DNA of 64,000 nucleotides from the NCBI GenBank assembly GCA_038238065.1, contig JBBRYD010000001.1:17396-81395 (forward strand), given 5' to 3'. Under the pieces are notes generated by a model. It was not told the origin of the DNA, made no database searches, and worked only from the letters and a program-made list of their open reading frames with translations. Below are positions 41,066 through 53,515 of this stretch, piece by piece. Origin of the DNA: Propionibacteriales bacterium (GTDB lineage: Bacteria > Actinomycetota > Actinomycetes > Propionibacteriales > Propionibacteriaceae). The position numbers were made by a program, and so were the translations under genes. How positions within the stretch are numbered: the first letter of the stretch is position 1; each line of letters opens with the position of its first letter.

Positions 41066-41725
41066 GTGACAGAGGCCGTCGACGCGGACCGGCGGCTCAC
41101 CGGCCGGCAGGCGAGCCTGCGGGTGGCTCTGGTCGATCTGGTGCTGACCGAGGGCTTCAGCCACCTGACCGTGGATGACGTCGCCGCCCGGCTCGGTTGT
41201 TCGAAGCGCACTCTCTATGCCCTCGCGCCGAGCAAGGAGCAGCTGGCCACGCTCGCGGTGCGGGACTTCTTCCGCCAGGCCACGGCCGAGGTCGAGGCCA
41301 CCATCGCCCGGACCAGGTCGCCGACCCAGCGCGTCACCCGCTATCTGGAAGCGGTCGCGCGCACCCTCGCCCCCGCCGGCCGGGCCTTTCAAAACGACGT
41401 CGCCGACTTCGCCCCCGCGCGCGAGATCTACGAGGCCAACACGGTCGCTGCCGCCCAGCGGGTCCGGCAGCTGATCGACGAAGGCACCGCCGCCGGTGCC
41501 TTCCGCAACGTCAACACCCCCTTCATCGCCGAGGTGGTCACCGCGACGATGCGCCGGATCACCTCGGGCGAGGTGGAACGCTCCGCCGGCCTGAGCGACG
41601 CCGCGGCGTACACGGAGCTGGCCCGCCTGGTGGTGTCGGCGGTCAGCCGCCAGACCCGCGATCCGGTGCACCAGCACCGCCCGCGGGGCGCGGAAGTGCA
41701 GCGGGACCCGGTCAAAGCAGAATAG
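41066..41725 (+). CDS. TetR/AcrR family regulator
   Basis: EGFSHLTVDDVAARLGCSKRTLY HTH; divergent from the acyl-CoA genes. Confidence 0.9.
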   Translation: MTEAVDADRRLTGRQASLRVALVDLVLTEGFSHLTVDDVAARLGCSKRTLYALAPSKEQLATLAVRDFFRQATAEVEATIARTRSPTQRVTRYLEAVARTLAPAGRAFQNDVADFAPAREIYEANTVAAAQRVRQLIDEGTAAGAFRNVNTPFIAEVVTATMRRITSGEVERSAGLSDAAAYTELARLVVSAVSRQTRDPVHQHRPRGAEVQRDPVKAE

Positions 41726-41734
41726 GCTTCGGCC

Positions 41735-42169
41735 ATGGAGGACGATCTGAACCAGCTGGGCGAAGACCTGATCACGACCTCCGCACGCATCGTGCGGTGG
41801 GTCCGGACCGACGGTCTGACCCTGAGCCTGGCCTCGGCGCGGATCCTGGCCCGGCTCTTCGACAACGGTCCGTCGCGGATCAGCGACCTCGCCGCCCTCG
41901 AGCGCTCCTCCCAGCCCACGATCACCAACCACGTGAAGAGGCTGGAGGCGGCCCGCCTGGTAGCCCGCGCCCCCGACCCGTCGGACGCCCGGGCCTGGAC
42001 GATCACCTTGACCGAGCAGGGTGAGCAGCAGCTGGCCGAGATGCGCGCCTCGCTCGGCACCAACGTCCAGCCGCACCTGGCCAGGCTGCCGCAGCGGGAT
42101 CTGAAGGCGCTGCGCCAAGGCCTCGAGGTGATGCGTCGGTTGATGACCGCCGATAGGCTTTCTCAGTGA
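41735..42169 (+). CDS. MarR family regulator
   Basis: [17 protein letters not shown]...LV.R.PDPSDAR...LTEQG. Confidence 0.9.
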   Translation: MEDDLNQLGEDLITTSARIVRWVRTDGLTLSLASARILARLFDNGPSRISDLAALERSSQPTITNHVKRLEAARLVARAPDPSDARAWTITLTEQGEQQLAEMRASLGTNVQPHLARLPQRDLKALRQGLEVMRRLMTADRLSQ

Positions 42170-43674
42170 CCGTGCAGGAAACCGCCACCGACCCCACCGA
42201 CGTCGAGAGCACCTCCACGCCCGCAGCGACCAGTGTCTTTCGGCTCTACGACACGGCCACCCGAGAGGTGCGGGACTTCGAGCCGCTCGTGGCCGGCCAG
42301 GTGTCGATCTACCACTGCGGGCTGACGGTCCAGTCGGCCCCGCACCTCGGCCACATTCGCAAAGAGGTCGTCTACGACGTGCTCCGGCGCTGGCTGTCCT
42401 CCACCGGTTACGCCGTCACCGTGATCGCGAACGTCACCGACATCGACGACAAGATCTTGACCAAGTCGGCCGAGGCCGGCGTGCCGTGGTTCGCTCACGC
42501 GTATCGCTTCGAACGTGAGCTGCACGACGCCTACGAGGCCCTGGGCTGCGAGCCGCCCACCTATGAGCCGCGGGCCACCGGACACATCACGGAGATGATC
42601 GAGCTCACCCAGACGCTGGTCGAGCGCGGTCACGCCTACCCCGCCGACGACGGCTCCGGCGACGTCTACTTCGACGTGCGGTCCTGGCCTTCGTACGGCA
42701 GCCTGTCGCGGCAGAACATCGACGACATGGAGGCCGCGGCCGACGCCGATCCCCGCGGCAAGCGCGACCCACGCGACTTCGCCCTGTGGAAGGGCCACAA
42801 GGACGACGAGCCGCTGTCCGCGTCCTGGGCCACGCCGTGGGGACGAGCCCGCCCCGGCTGGCATCTCGAGTGCTCGGCGATGGCCGGTAAGTATCTCGGG
42901 GACGAGTTCGACATCCACGGCGGCGGCATCGATCTGCGCTTCCCGCACCACGAGAACGAGCTGGCCCAGTCCGCCGCCGCCGGGCGTGCCTTTGCCCGGT
43001 TCTGGATGCACAACGCCTGGGTGACGGCGGCCGGGGAGAAGATGAGCAAGTCGCTCGGCAACGGGGCCCTGGTGTCGGAGGTGACGAAGCAGTACCCGCC
43101 GCGCGCCGTCCGGTTCTATCTGGCGCAGCCGCACTACCGCTCCGCGATCGAGTTCTCCGACACCTCGTTGACCGAGGCGGCCGCCGCGATGCAACGCATC
43201 GACAACTTCGCCGGCCGCGCCACCGACGCGGTCGGCCGGGTGCCGGGCCGGGTGCCGACGGAGTTCGCCGCGGCGATGAACGACGACCTGGGCACCCCGG
43301 CGGCGGTGGCTGTTCTCTACAGCGCCGTCCGCGAGGGCAACGTCGCGCTGGAGGCCGGAGACACCCAGCAGATCGTCGACCGGCTGAGCGAGGTCAACGG
43401 CATGCTCGACGTGCTGGGTCTGGCCGCGGACGCGCCGACCTGGCGCGCGTCCGGCGAGGACCGCCAGCTCACCGACGTGGTCGATGAGCTGGTCGCCGAG
43501 CTGCTCAAGCAGCGTGGGGCGGCGCGCGCCCGCAAGGACTTCGCGGCGGCCGACGGCATCCGCGACTCACTGGCCGCGATGGGGGTCGAGATCTCCGACA
43601 CCCCGAGGGGGCCACGTTGGTCACTGAACCGCGCCCCCGAAACACGCGTGGACCACCCCGATCGAGGAGCGTAA
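42166..43674 (+). CDS. cysS: Cysteine--tRNA ligase
   Basis: [34 protein letters not shown]. Confidence 0.97.
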   Translation: MTVQETATDPTDVESTSTPAATSVFRLYDTATREVRDFEPLVAGQVSIYHCGLTVQSAPHLGHIRKEVVYDVLRRWLSSTGYAVTVIANVTDIDDKILTKSAEAGVPWFAHAYRFERELHDAYEALGCEPPTYEPRATGHITEMIELTQTLVERGHAYPADDGSGDVYFDVRSWPSYGSLSRQNIDDMEAAADADPRGKRDPRDFALWKGHKDDEPLSASWATPWGRARPGWHLECSAMAGKYLGDEFDIHGGGIDLRFPHHENELAQSAAAGRAFARFWMHNAWVTAAGEKMSKSLGNGALVSEVTKQYPPRAVRFYLAQPHYRSAIEFSDTSLTEAAAAMQRIDNFAGRATDAVGRVPGRVPTEFAAAMNDDLGTPAAVAVLYSAVREGNVALEAGDTQQIVDRLSEVNGMLDVLGLAADAPTWRASGEDRQLTDVVDELVAELLKQRGAARARKDFAAADGIRDSLAAMGVEISDTPRGPRWSLNRAPETRVDHPDRGA

Positions 43675-43676
43675 CC

Positions 43677-44633
43677 ATGCCCGGAAACAGTCAACGCAAG
43701 GGCGCGGTCGCGCACAAGGGCAAAGGCAACACCGCCGGGTCCGGCGGTCGGGTCCGCCGCGCCCTCGAGGGCCGCGGGCCGACGCCCAAGGCCGAGGACC
43801 GGCCGTACCACAAGTCGTACCGCAAGGCCGACGCCAGCAAACGACCGACTGACCGGACGCGCGGCGGCGCCAAGACGTCACGTCCCGGCGCCGGTGGCGC
43901 CGAATGGGTCGCGGGGCGCAACTCGGTGCTGGAGGCCATGCAGGCCGACATCCCGGTGAAGAACGCCTACATCGCCGAGGGCGCCGAACGCGACGACCGG
44001 CTGCGCGAGGTGCTCAAGCTGGCCGCCGACCGGGGCACGCCCATGCTCGAGGTCACCCGGGTCGAGCTCGACCGGATGACCGGTGGAGCGGTCCACCAGG
44101 GCGTGGCCCTGCAGCTGCCGGAGTTCAAGTACGCCCATCCCGACGACCTGCTGACGGCCGCGCTCCAGGCCGGTGGTCAGCCGCTGATCGTGGCGCTGGA
44201 CTCGATCACCGACCCGCGCAACCTCGGGGCCATCGTCAGGTCCGCGGCGGCGTTCGGGGCCAACGGGGTGCTGATCCCCGAACGACGCTCGGCCGGCATG
44301 ACCGCGTCGGCCTGGAAGACGTCGGCGGGGGCAGCGGCGCGGCTGCCGATCGCCAAGGCGACCAACCTCAACCGGGCGCTCCGGCAGTACGCCGGCGCCG
44401 GGTTCACCCTGATCGGACTGGACGGCGAGGCTGAGACCGACATCGCGGACCTGCCCGCGGCCACCGGTCCGGTGGTGCTGATCGTGGGGAGCGAGGGCGA
44501 CGGCCTGTCGCGGTTGGTCCGCGAGGCGTGCGACACGTTGGTCTCCATCCCCATGATCGAGACCGTGGAGTCGCTGAACGCCGGCGTCGCCACCGGGATC
44601 GCGCTGTACGAGATCGCCCGCGCCCGGCAGTAA
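43677..44633 (+). CDS. rlmB: 23S rRNA Gm2251 methyltransferase
   Basis: HQGV, DPRNLGAIVRS, GSEGDG, ESLNAGVA; follows cysS. Confidence 0.93.
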   Translation: MPGNSQRKGAVAHKGKGNTAGSGGRVRRALEGRGPTPKAEDRPYHKSYRKADASKRPTDRTRGGAKTSRPGAGGAEWVAGRNSVLEAMQADIPVKNAYIAEGAERDDRLREVLKLAADRGTPMLEVTRVELDRMTGGAVHQGVALQLPEFKYAHPDDLLTAALQAGGQPLIVALDSITDPRNLGAIVRSAAAFGANGVLIPERRSAGMTASAWKTSAGAAARLPIAKATNLNRALRQYAGAGFTLIGLDGEAETDIADLPAATGPVVLIVGSEGDGLSRLVREACDTLVSIPMIETVESLNAGVATGIALYEIARARQ

Positions 44634-44725
44634 CCGGCCGTCGTCCAGAAATACCACGGTCGTCGGAGGCGTCAGCCCCGTGCGGCGGCGTGTCCGCGGT
44701 GCACGCCCCGACGAGGGGCGAATTC

Positions 44726-44754
44726 TTGGACTTGCGCGGGCGGGCCCATAGATT
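44726..44754 (+). promoter_or_regulatory. Housekeeping promoter for leaderless glyA
   Basis: TTGGAC-N17-TAGATT-N6-GTG. Confidence 0.6.
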
Positions 44755-44760
44755 GGTGGC

Positions 44761-46235
44761 GTGACCGACACCATCACGCCCATCAGCACCCAGATGTCCG
44801 CGGAGTACGCGGCGAAGGCCTCCGAGGCCTACCGCGCCGCCCTGGCGGTGATCGAGACGGTCGAGCCGCGGATCGCCGCAGCCACCCGCGCCGAGCTGGA
44901 CGACCAGCGACACTCGCTCAAGCTGATCGCCTCGGAGAACTACGCGTCGCCGGCTGTGCTGCTGACCATGGGGACCTGGTTCAGCGACAAGTACGCCGAA
45001 GGCACCATCGGACACCGCTTCTATGCGGGCTGCCAGAACGTCGACACGGTCGAGGCGCTGGCCGCCGAGCACGCCCGCGAGCTGTTCGGTGCCGAGTACG
45101 CCTACGTCCAGCCGCACTCCGGCATCGACGCCAACCTGGTCGCCTTCTGGTCCATCCTGGCCCACCGGGTCGAGCTGCCCACCCTGGCCGAGCGTGGCGT
45201 CAAGGGCATCAACGACCTGTCCGAGGACGACTGGGAGGAGTTGCGGCACGCCTTCGGCAACCAGCGCGCGCTCGGCATGTCGCTCGACGCCGGCGGCCAC
45301 CTGACCCACGGCTTCCGGCCCAACATCTCCGGCAAGATGTTCCATCAGCGTTCCTACGGCACCGATCCCGAGACCCAGCTGCTCGACTACGACGCCGTGC
45401 GCGCCACCGCGAAGGAGTTCAAGCCGCTGATCCTGATCGCGGGCTACTCCGCGTACCCCCGCCGGGTGAACTTCGCCAAGATGCGCGAGATCGCCGACGA
45501 GGTGGGCGCCACCCTGATGGTCGACATGGCGCACTTCGCCGGCCTGGTCGCGGGCAAGGTCTTCACGGGCGAGGAGGACCCGGTGCCCTACGCGCACATC
45601 GTGACCAGCACGACCCACAAATCGTTGCGCGGTCCGCGGGGCGGCCTCGTGCTGGCCACCAGGGAATACGCGGACTCGGTCGACCGCGGCTGCCCGATGG
45701 TGCTCGGCGGTCCGCTCTCGCACGTGATGGCGGCCAAGGCGGTCGCCTTCGCCGAGGCCCGTCAGCCGTCGTTCCAGACCTACGCCCAGGCGGTGGCCGA
45801 CAACGCCAAGACGCTGGCCGAGGGCTTCCTGACCCGCGGTGCGCAGCTGGTCACCGGCGGCACCGACAACCACATCGTGCTGCTGGACGTGTCCGGCTAC
45901 GGTCTGACCGGGCGGCAGGCGGAGTCCGCGCTGCTGGACGCCGGCATCGTGACCAACCGCAACTCCGTGCCCAACGACATCAACGGCGCCTGGTACACCT
46001 CCGGGGTCCGGCTCGGCACGCCGGCCCTGACCACCCGCGGATTCGGCGGCGACGACTTCGACCAGGTCGCGGCGCTGATCGTCAACGTCCTCGAGAACAC
46101 GACGCCCACCGTCACCGCGGCCGGCGCTCCGGGCAAGGCCAAGTACCTTCTGGCCGAGGGCGTGGCCGCCGCGACGAAGTCGGCCTCGGCCGAGATGCTC
46201 GACGCCAACCCGCTGTATCCGGGTCTGGAGCTCTG

Positions 46236-46236
<1 letters not shown>
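44761..46236 (+). CDS. glyA: Serine hydroxymethyltransferase
   Basis: [31 protein letters not shown]. Confidence 0.96.
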
Positions 46237-47246
<1,010 letters not shown>

Positions 47247-47303
47247 GCCCATTGGCAGCGCTGATCTCACGCGGCTCTCAGTTTCCGGTCGTACCCTCGG
47301 TTC

Positions 47304-47660
47304 ATGCGTACCTGGGGACGACGACTAGCAGTCAGCGTGGCGGCCGTGGCCGGCCTGTCCGGTCTGGTCGGCTGTTCAGGGTCGGGCATCAGCGAGACGG
47401 ACGCCTACAAGATCGGCTGCCCGGCGGTGGACGCGGTGGTCGCCGGCGGGACGCTCGGCAGCAAGGCCACCGTGGCGGCACTCGAGAAGCTGCGCCAGCA
47501 GCCTGATCTGGGTGCCGGCACCACGAAGTGGATCGACGCCGCGATCGGTGCGCTGAAGACGACAGATCCGAACGACATGCCCAAGGGGGCCAAGTCGGTG
47601 CTGGTCGGCGGCTGCGCCGACCACGGCTACCCGCTGCGCAACCTGGCCACCTCGGGCTGA
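47304..47660 (+). CDS. Hypothetical lipoprotein
   Basis: Signal peptide with LVGC lipobox; TACCCT -10 six nt before ATG. Confidence 0.7.
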   Translation: MRTWGRRLAVSVAAVAGLSGLVGCSGSGISETDAYKIGCPAVDAVVAGGTLGSKATVAALEKLRQQPDLGAGTTKWIDAAIGALKTTDPNDMPKGAKSVLVGGCADHGYPLRNLATSG

Positions 47661-47736
47661 CGCATCAGCCCAGCCCCCACGACACGCCGTCCAAACCGCA
47701 GGTCCAGCGCCCAGTCGGCGAGACAGGGGGGCAGAG

Positions 47737-49206
47737 TCAGCGGTGCTCGTCCTCCAGCAGCTCCTCCAGATCGGGCAGCCGGTCCAAACCTCGGACGAGC
47801 TGGGCCATCCGGTAGTTGTGGGAGAACCGCTCCCGGTGCCGGTGCAGTAAACGCCAGTATCCCGAGGTGAACGGGCAGGCCTTGTCTCCGACGCGGACCT
47901 TGGGGTCGAACACGCAGCCGGCACAGTGGTCGGTCATCTTGTTGATGTAGTTGCCGCCGGACACATATGGCTTGGTGGCCAGCACTCCGCCGTCGGCATG
48001 CTGGGACATCCCGACCACGTTCGGCACCATCACCCAGTCGTAGCCGTCCACGAACGAGCGGTGGAACCAGTCGGTCACCTGCTGCGGCTCCCAGCCCTGC
48101 TGCAGCGCATAGTTTCCGAGCACCATCAATCGCGGGATGTGATGCGCCCAGCCCACCTCACGCACCGAGTCCAGCGCGCTGGCCAGACAGGCTGCCTCGG
48201 TGCCCGAGGAGTCCAGCTCGACGAACCAGGTGGGCAGGTCGCCGCGTGCCTCGAGCGCGTTGCGCTCCCGGTAGTCCTCCCCGAGGTACCAGTAGAGGTG
48301 CCAGATGTAGTCGCGCCACCCCATCACCTGGCGGACGAAACCCTCGACGGACTCGATCGGCGCGTGACCCTCGTGGAAGGCGTCCTCAGCCGCCCGAACC
48401 ACCTCCAGCGGGTCCAGCAGACCCAAGTTGAGGGGTGCGGACAGCAGCGAGTGAGCCATCCAGCGATCGCCGCTCAGGACTGCGTCCTCGTAGGCGCCGA
48501 AGATGGGCAGCCGGTGCTGGATGAAGTCCGCCAGCACCGCTAGCGCCTCCTCCCGGGTCGCCGCGAAGGTTCGCGGCCCGTCTTCACCGACGAAGCGCAC
48601 GCCCTCACTCGCCCAGCGGTCCAGATCCCTCCGTACCCCCGCGTCGATCTCGTCCTCGACCGGCCAGAAGGGCTCCGGGACGCCGAGGGTGTCGGCCGCT
48701 CTGGGCGGCGGCTTGCGGTTCTCAGCGTCGAAGTTCCAGCGACCGTCGACCGGCTCGTCGCCGTCCATCAGTACCTCGACCCGGCGCCGGGCGTCGCGGT
48801 AGAAGTCCTCCATCAGCAGCCGTTTGCCGCCCCGGGCGTCCGCCCAGGAGGCGAACTCGGTACGCGTGGTGACGTAGCCCCTGGCGGGTAGCCGCTCGAG
48901 GTCACGCTCGGCCGCCAGCTGGTCCACGAGGTGCAGGGCGGCGTAAGACGTGGGCTGCACCACGCTCAGCGGGTCGTCCAGCTGGGCCACTGCCTCCCGG
49001 TAGGTGTCGGTCTGCAGGTAGCGACATCGATCACCCAGCTCGGCCGCTCGATGACGCAGGGCGGAGAGGATGAGGTGCGCCTTCTGCCGATGGAACACCC
49101 GCCTCTCGAAGACCGCACGCGACTCGACGAGCAGCACCGGCTGCTGCGCGTTGTCGAGGAACAGCGGCCCCAGCTGATCGGCGAAGAGCCAACGACGACG
49201 AAGCAT
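47737..49206 (-). CDS. Cryptochrome/photolyase family, FeS-BCP type (PhrB/CryB-like)
   Basis: FADQL, HRQK, MEDFYR, WNFDAENR, EGFVRQVMGWR, HHIPRLM, KPYVSGGNYI, CxxC...CPF. Confidence 0.92.
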   Translation of the reverse strand: MLRRRWLFADQLGPLFLDNAQQPVLLVESRAVFERRVFHRQKAHLILSALRHRAAELGDRCRYLQTDTYREAVAQLDDPLSVVQPTSYAALHLVDQLAAERDLERLPARGYVTTRTEFASWADARGGKRLLMEDFYRDARRRVEVLMDGDEPVDGRWNFDAENRKPPPRAADTLGVPEPFWPVEDEIDAGVRRDLDRWASEGVRFVGEDGPRTFAATREEALAVLADFIQHRLPIFGAYEDAVLSGDRWMAHSLLSAPLNLGLLDPLEVVRAAEDAFHEGHAPIESVEGFVRQVMGWRDYIWHLYWYLGEDYRERNALEARGDLPTWFVELDSSGTEAACLASALDSVREVGWAHHIPRLMVLGNYALQQGWEPQQVTDWFHRSFVDGYDWVMVPNVVGMSQHADGGVLATKPYVSGGNYINKMTDHCAGCVFDPKVRVGDKACPFTSGYWRLLHRHRERFSHNYRMAQLVRGLDRLPDLEELLEDEHR

Positions 49207-49220
49207 CGAGCCAGTCTGCC

Positions 49221-50945
49221 TCAGCGGGAAAACAGGCCGCCGGAGACGGTGGTGATGAAGCTCCGCAGGGAGCCCGGAAGATCGCGCAGGTGCCAGTCGT
49301 CGGGACCGTGGAACCACGACAGGTCGTGGGAGTCCGGCTGCTCCTCGGTGTCGGTGCTGACGATCGCGTTGAGCCAGCGATCCGCACCCCCAAGCACGAC
49401 AGCGTACGGAAGCACCTCGGACAGCTCGCGCAGCTCGGCGCCGGGCGGCATCTGGTCGGTCGGATGGCTCAGCAGGTCGGAGCGGAGCGCGCCCAGACCG
49501 GCCACCAGCGCCGACCCCTTGGCCGTCCGGGCCGGCATCTCCTGACCGACGAACACCGTCCCCAGGCCCAGGGCCACCAGCACCAGCCCCACCAACCCGT
49601 AGGTGGTGAAGGCCGCCAGCACCCCGGTGATCACCACGGCGATGATCAGCCCACCCAGGGCGAGCTGAGTCCATCGGTCGCGGGTGGCGTCGGGCCGACG
49701 TTCGTACCACCCCCGGGTGACCATCTCGTCGTAGAGCTGGTCCTGAACCTCCCCGATGGACTGCTGCACCCGCTGGGACAGCTCGGAAACCGGTAGGGAT
49801 GCGCCGACGGGGGCCAGACCGTCCAGCAGCTTCTGCTCGAACGCAGTGAGCGCCGCGGGGTCGCGCTCCAGGCGGGTCAGGGTCCAGTCGGTCGGGCTGT
49901 AGGTCGAGGTCCGCGGCAGCTCCGTGATCAGCAGATAGCCCCGGACCGCGAGGTCGAGCAGGCTCGCGGTGATGTCGATGGGGTCGACACGTTCGTCCAC
50001 GATCGTGCCGACGTGACCGGGGCGGACGTCTCCCACCACCCGAAACTCGGTCACGCCGGGACCGACCGGCACGAACTCACCCGCTTTGCTGACCTGTCCG
50101 CTGAAGTGGGCGTCCCGACCCGCTCTCCGGTGCAGGGCGAGCAGACCGAGGCCGCCCAGCACCAGCAGGCCGAGGGCCAGGGCGAGCGGCAGCGGCTTGG
50201 CCGAGAACGCCCGACCGAGGGTCCACTGGTCGTCGATGCGCTCGTTCGCCGCCACCGCGCCGGCCGGGAAGCCGACGTCGATGGCCACCACCTCTCCCTC
50301 GCCGCGCGGGCCGTCACGGAAGGTGGGGACCTGGGCGTTCTCGACACCGGAGGCGGCGAAGGCGCACGGAGTGGTCGAGTTGGGGGCGCCAGCGGTGCAG
50401 CTGACGTAGCTGAAGTCGCTCGGAATCTGCACCGTGCCGCTGAATGCGGTCACCGGAGCGCTCAGACCCTGCAGCAGCCGCCAGCGCAGCGCAGTGCCCC
50501 CGCCGTCCATCCTGACCACCGCGCCGACCACCGTGTAGCTCACCACGATCTCAGTGGCGCCACCGGTGGCGACGCTGATGGTGGTGAAACGACCGGCGGG
50601 GCTGACGTCTGGACTGATGGCTTTGCCCTTGGCCGACGCGCTGATGCCGCTCAGCGTCAGCTCGTACTCCCGGTTGCCGATCAGGTTCTCGCGGGTCTCG
50701 ATCTTCTGGCTCACTTCGGCGGGCACGGGGCCGGTGAAGGTGATGGTCTGCTCGACCTTCAGCGCGCCGTCCTTGGTCAGGTTGGCGGCGACCACGAAGG
50801 AAGCGGCGTTGCCTTCCGCGTGCGCGGTCAGGCCGAGGGGCCCGACGACGAGCCCCAGGGCGAGGGCGCCGAGAGCCACGAGGCGCCAGAGCCGGCGCCG
50901 GGCCGACGTCTGGGCAGGCCCATCAAGAGGGGAGGTGTCCGACAC
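49221..50945 (-). CDS. DUF2207 membrane protein
   Basis: Signal/TM, LLDLAVRGYL, MPART.KG, LPYAVVLG. Confidence 0.85.
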   Translation of the reverse strand: MSDTSPLDGPAQTSARRRLWRLVALGALALGLVVGPLGLTAHAEGNAASFVVAANLTKDGALKVEQTITFTGPVPAEVSQKIETRENLIGNREYELTLSGISASAKGKAISPDVSPAGRFTTISVATGGATEIVVSYTVVGAVVRMDGGGTALRWRLLQGLSAPVTAFSGTVQIPSDFSYVSCTAGAPNSTTPCAFAASGVENAQVPTFRDGPRGEGEVVAIDVGFPAGAVAANERIDDQWTLGRAFSAKPLPLALALGLLVLGGLGLLALHRRAGRDAHFSGQVSKAGEFVPVGPGVTEFRVVGDVRPGHVGTIVDERVDPIDITASLLDLAVRGYLLITELPRTSTYSPTDWTLTRLERDPAALTAFEQKLLDGLAPVGASLPVSELSQRVQQSIGEVQDQLYDEMVTRGWYERRPDATRDRWTQLALGGLIIAVVITGVLAAFTTYGLVGLVLVALGLGTVFVGQEMPARTAKGSALVAGLGALRSDLLSHPTDQMPPGAELRELSEVLPYAVVLGGADRWLNAIVSTDTEEQPDSHDLSWFHGPDDWHLRDLPGSLRSFITTVSGGLFSR

Positions 50946-51053
50946 AGGCACCAGCCTCCCATGCAACACCGGCATCGCGCGTTGCACCATCACAAAAGTC
51001 GCGCGCGGGTTCTCTGCCTGAGGCCTCCCGACCCTCCCGCTATCGTTGCCCGT

Positions 51054-52181
51054 GTGACGCAGCAGCAGTGGGGTCGGCCGCCCGGCAACCAGGGCGGCGG
51101 ACCATGGGCGAGCGGGGGGCCCTGGAACCAGCCGAGCTATCCCCCCGCCCGCTTCACTCAGCCGGGTCCCCAGGTCGGTTTCGGTCGGGGTCCCCAGTCA
51201 CCCGGGTTCGGCGCACCCCAGCTGGGCCAGCCACACTACGCACCAGGACTGTTCGGCCCGCCGCCACCGCGACGGAAGAACCCGTTGCGCAGCCTGCTGC
51301 TCGGCCTGATGGGACTCGCCGTGGTCGCGGTGATCGGCTTGGGGGGTACCAGCCTGTTCAGCCCGTCGCCACAGGTGGCGTACCAGAACGACGCCTACCA
51401 GGTCCCGCCGCCGGACCAGAACCCTCCCGCGCTGCCGTTGCCGGAGACATACGATGACGCCCTGCAGTTCGTGGCCCGCAACACGTTCTACGCCCAGGCC
51501 GCACCGATCCCGGTCCGGTGTGACGCGCAGCCCATCAACGTGTCCACCGCGTCCGACGCGGCGCTCCAGTCGCACTTCGAGACGCTGATGGAGTGCACGT
51601 TCCGCGTATGGCAGCCCCCGATCGACAAGGCAGGCTTCCAGCTCGTCCGGCCCACGGTGACGATATACGGCAAGAACGTGACCACCAGGTGCGGCAAGAG
51701 CGATGTGAACGCCTTCTACTGCTCAGCCGACCAGCAGGTCTACTTCAGCAACCTGTTACCCGACTACGTCACCATCGTCCAGACCGAGAAGTGGGCGGCC
51801 GACGTGGTGATGGCGCACGAGTTCGGCCACGCGCTGCAGGCGCGATCGGGCATCTTGATCTCGGCGCACGCATTGGGGCAGAACTCCGGCAGCCAAGCCA
51901 CCGAGCTGGAGATGAGCCGGCGGCTCGAGACCCAGGCGGACTGCTTCGCGGGCATGTTCACCCGCGCCGTCGCTCAGTCCCTGGGGATCCAGCAGAGCGA
52001 CATGCAGGGGATCGAGGGTACGTTCGCGGCCGTGGGTGACGACACCCTGTCCGGCAAGGCGAACGTGGTCGGCAATCACGGGCGGTCGCAGACCCGTCAG
52101 TACTGGGGCACCGTCGGGCTCGGCACCAGCGACGTGAGCAAGTGCAACACCTTCACCGCCTCCAAGTCGTTGGTACGCTGA
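51054..52181 (+). CDS. Neutral zinc metallopeptidase (YpfJ-like)
   Basis: Pro/Gln-rich N-terminus, TM, AFYC, AHEFGHALQ, RRLETQADCFAG. Confidence 0.9.
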   Translation: MTQQQWGRPPGNQGGGPWASGGPWNQPSYPPARFTQPGPQVGFGRGPQSPGFGAPQLGQPHYAPGLFGPPPPRRKNPLRSLLLGLMGLAVVAVIGLGGTSLFSPSPQVAYQNDAYQVPPPDQNPPALPLPETYDDALQFVARNTFYAQAAPIPVRCDAQPINVSTASDAALQSHFETLMECTFRVWQPPIDKAGFQLVRPTVTIYGKNVTTRCGKSDVNAFYCSADQQVYFSNLLPDYVTIVQTEKWAADVVMAHEFGHALQARSGILISAHALGQNSGSQATELEMSRRLETQADCFAGMFTRAVAQSLGIQQSDMQGIEGTFAAVGDDTLSGKANVVGNHGRSQTRQYWGTVGLGTSDVSKCNTFTASKSLVR

Positions 52182-52184
52182 CGC

Positions 52185-52661
52185 TCAGTCAGGTATCAGC
52201 ACGAGACAGGTGGCCACGGCGGCAACTCCTTCGCCGCGACCGGTGAGGCCGAGCCCGTCGGTGGTGGTGGCCGAGACGCTGACCGGAGCGCCGATCGCGG
52301 CACCGAGCACGGACTCGGCCTCGGCCCTCCGGCCGGCCAGCTTGGGTCGGTTGCCGACGATCTGGACGGCGACGTTGCCGATCTCGAAGCCTGCAGCCCG
52401 CACCCTGGCCGCTGTCTCCACCAGGAACGCCACCCCGGGTGCGCCGGACCAGACCTCGTCGTCAGTCCCGTAGTTGCTGCCCAGATCACCGAGGCCGGCG
52501 GCGCTCAACAGCGCGTCACAGGCGGCGTGGGCGGCGACGTCTCCATCGGAGTGTCCTTCCGGACCGGACGTCTCCTCGGGAAAGTCCAGCCCAGCCACGG
52601 TCATCGGCCGACCGGCCACAAGACGATGAACGTCCACACCGATGCCGGTGCGGACGTTCAT
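52185..52661 (-). CDS. ispF: 2-C-methyl-D-erythritol 2,4-cyclodiphosphate synthase
   Basis: [30 protein letters not shown]. Confidence 0.95.
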   Translation of the reverse strand: MNVRTGIGVDVHRLVAGRPMTVAGLDFPEETSGPEGHSDGDVAAHAACDALLSAAGLGDLGSNYGTDDEVWSGAPGVAFLVETAARVRAAGFEIGNVAVQIVGNRPKLAGRRAEAESVLGAAIGAPVSVSATTTDGLGLTGRGEGVAAVATCLVLIPD

Positions 52662-52703
52662 CGTGGCGGCCCGTTCTCCCTGGAGATCAGGGCCGGGGGG
52701 TGT

Positions 52704-53189
52704 TCAGGACGCAAGAACCTCGTCCAGCAGGATCTCCGCCTTGTCTTCGGCAACCCGCTCGGCGAGAGCCAGCTCGGACACCAGGATCTGACGGGCCTTG
52801 GCGAGCATGCGCTTCTCGCCGGCCGACAGGCCGCGTTCACGTTCGCGACGCCACAGGTCCCGGACGACTTCGGCCACCTTCATGACGTTGCCCGAGTGGA
52901 GCTTCTCGAGGTTGGCCTTGTAACGGCGCGACCAGTTGGTCGGCTCCTCAGTGTGTGGTGCCCTCAGAACACCGAATACTCGTTCGAGGCCATCCGCGTC
53001 CACCACATCGCGCACCCCGACCAGGTCGAGGTTGCATGCTGGGACACGGACGATCAGATCGGTCTGGCCCACGATACGCAGGACGAGGTACAGCTTGTCC
53101 TCACCTTTGATCTGGCGGGTTTCGATATCCTCGATGACGGCAGCCCCATGATTGGGGTAGACCACCGTTTCGCCGACTGTAAAGGTCAT
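52704..53189 (-). CDS. carD: CarD transcription factor
   Basis: [35 protein letters not shown]. Confidence 0.97.
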   Translation of the reverse strand: MTFTVGETVVYPNHGAAVIEDIETRQIKGEDKLYLVLRIVGQTDLIVRVPACNLDLVGVRDVVDADGLERVFGVLRAPHTEEPTNWSRRYKANLEKLHSGNVMKVAEVVRDLWRRERERGLSAGEKRMLAKARQILVSELALAERVAEDKAEILLDEVLAS

Positions 53190-53515
53190 ATTGTTTGAAC
53201 CCCTTTCGCGTGTCCAAGTTTAGCACGCTCACAGCGTTCTCTCAGTCGCGTTTCCGCTAGCCAGAGGGCAGTATTGGTGCTTTGACGGGCTTGACAAACC
53301 CCCAGCACCTGTGCCCTGTGTGTGCGCTGGGTCACACGACGAGGCCCGGGGGATGCCTGTGCTGCACGTGGGGGTGCCGACTGGATAGGCTGCTTCCACG
53401 TCGACGCGGAGTCGGCGCGGATCTCGAACTGACCGCTCCACTTCGTCGCACCGGCGCCATGTCGTGGTCCCGCCCAGCCCGCCAGATTGTTCCCGAGCAG
53501 TAGGAGTCATCGATC

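Noticed and set aside
44634-44760. ZTP (pfl) riboswitch upstream of glyA
   Set aside because: No GACTGGCG...GCCTGGGC pattern; promoter geometry indicates a leaderless transcript
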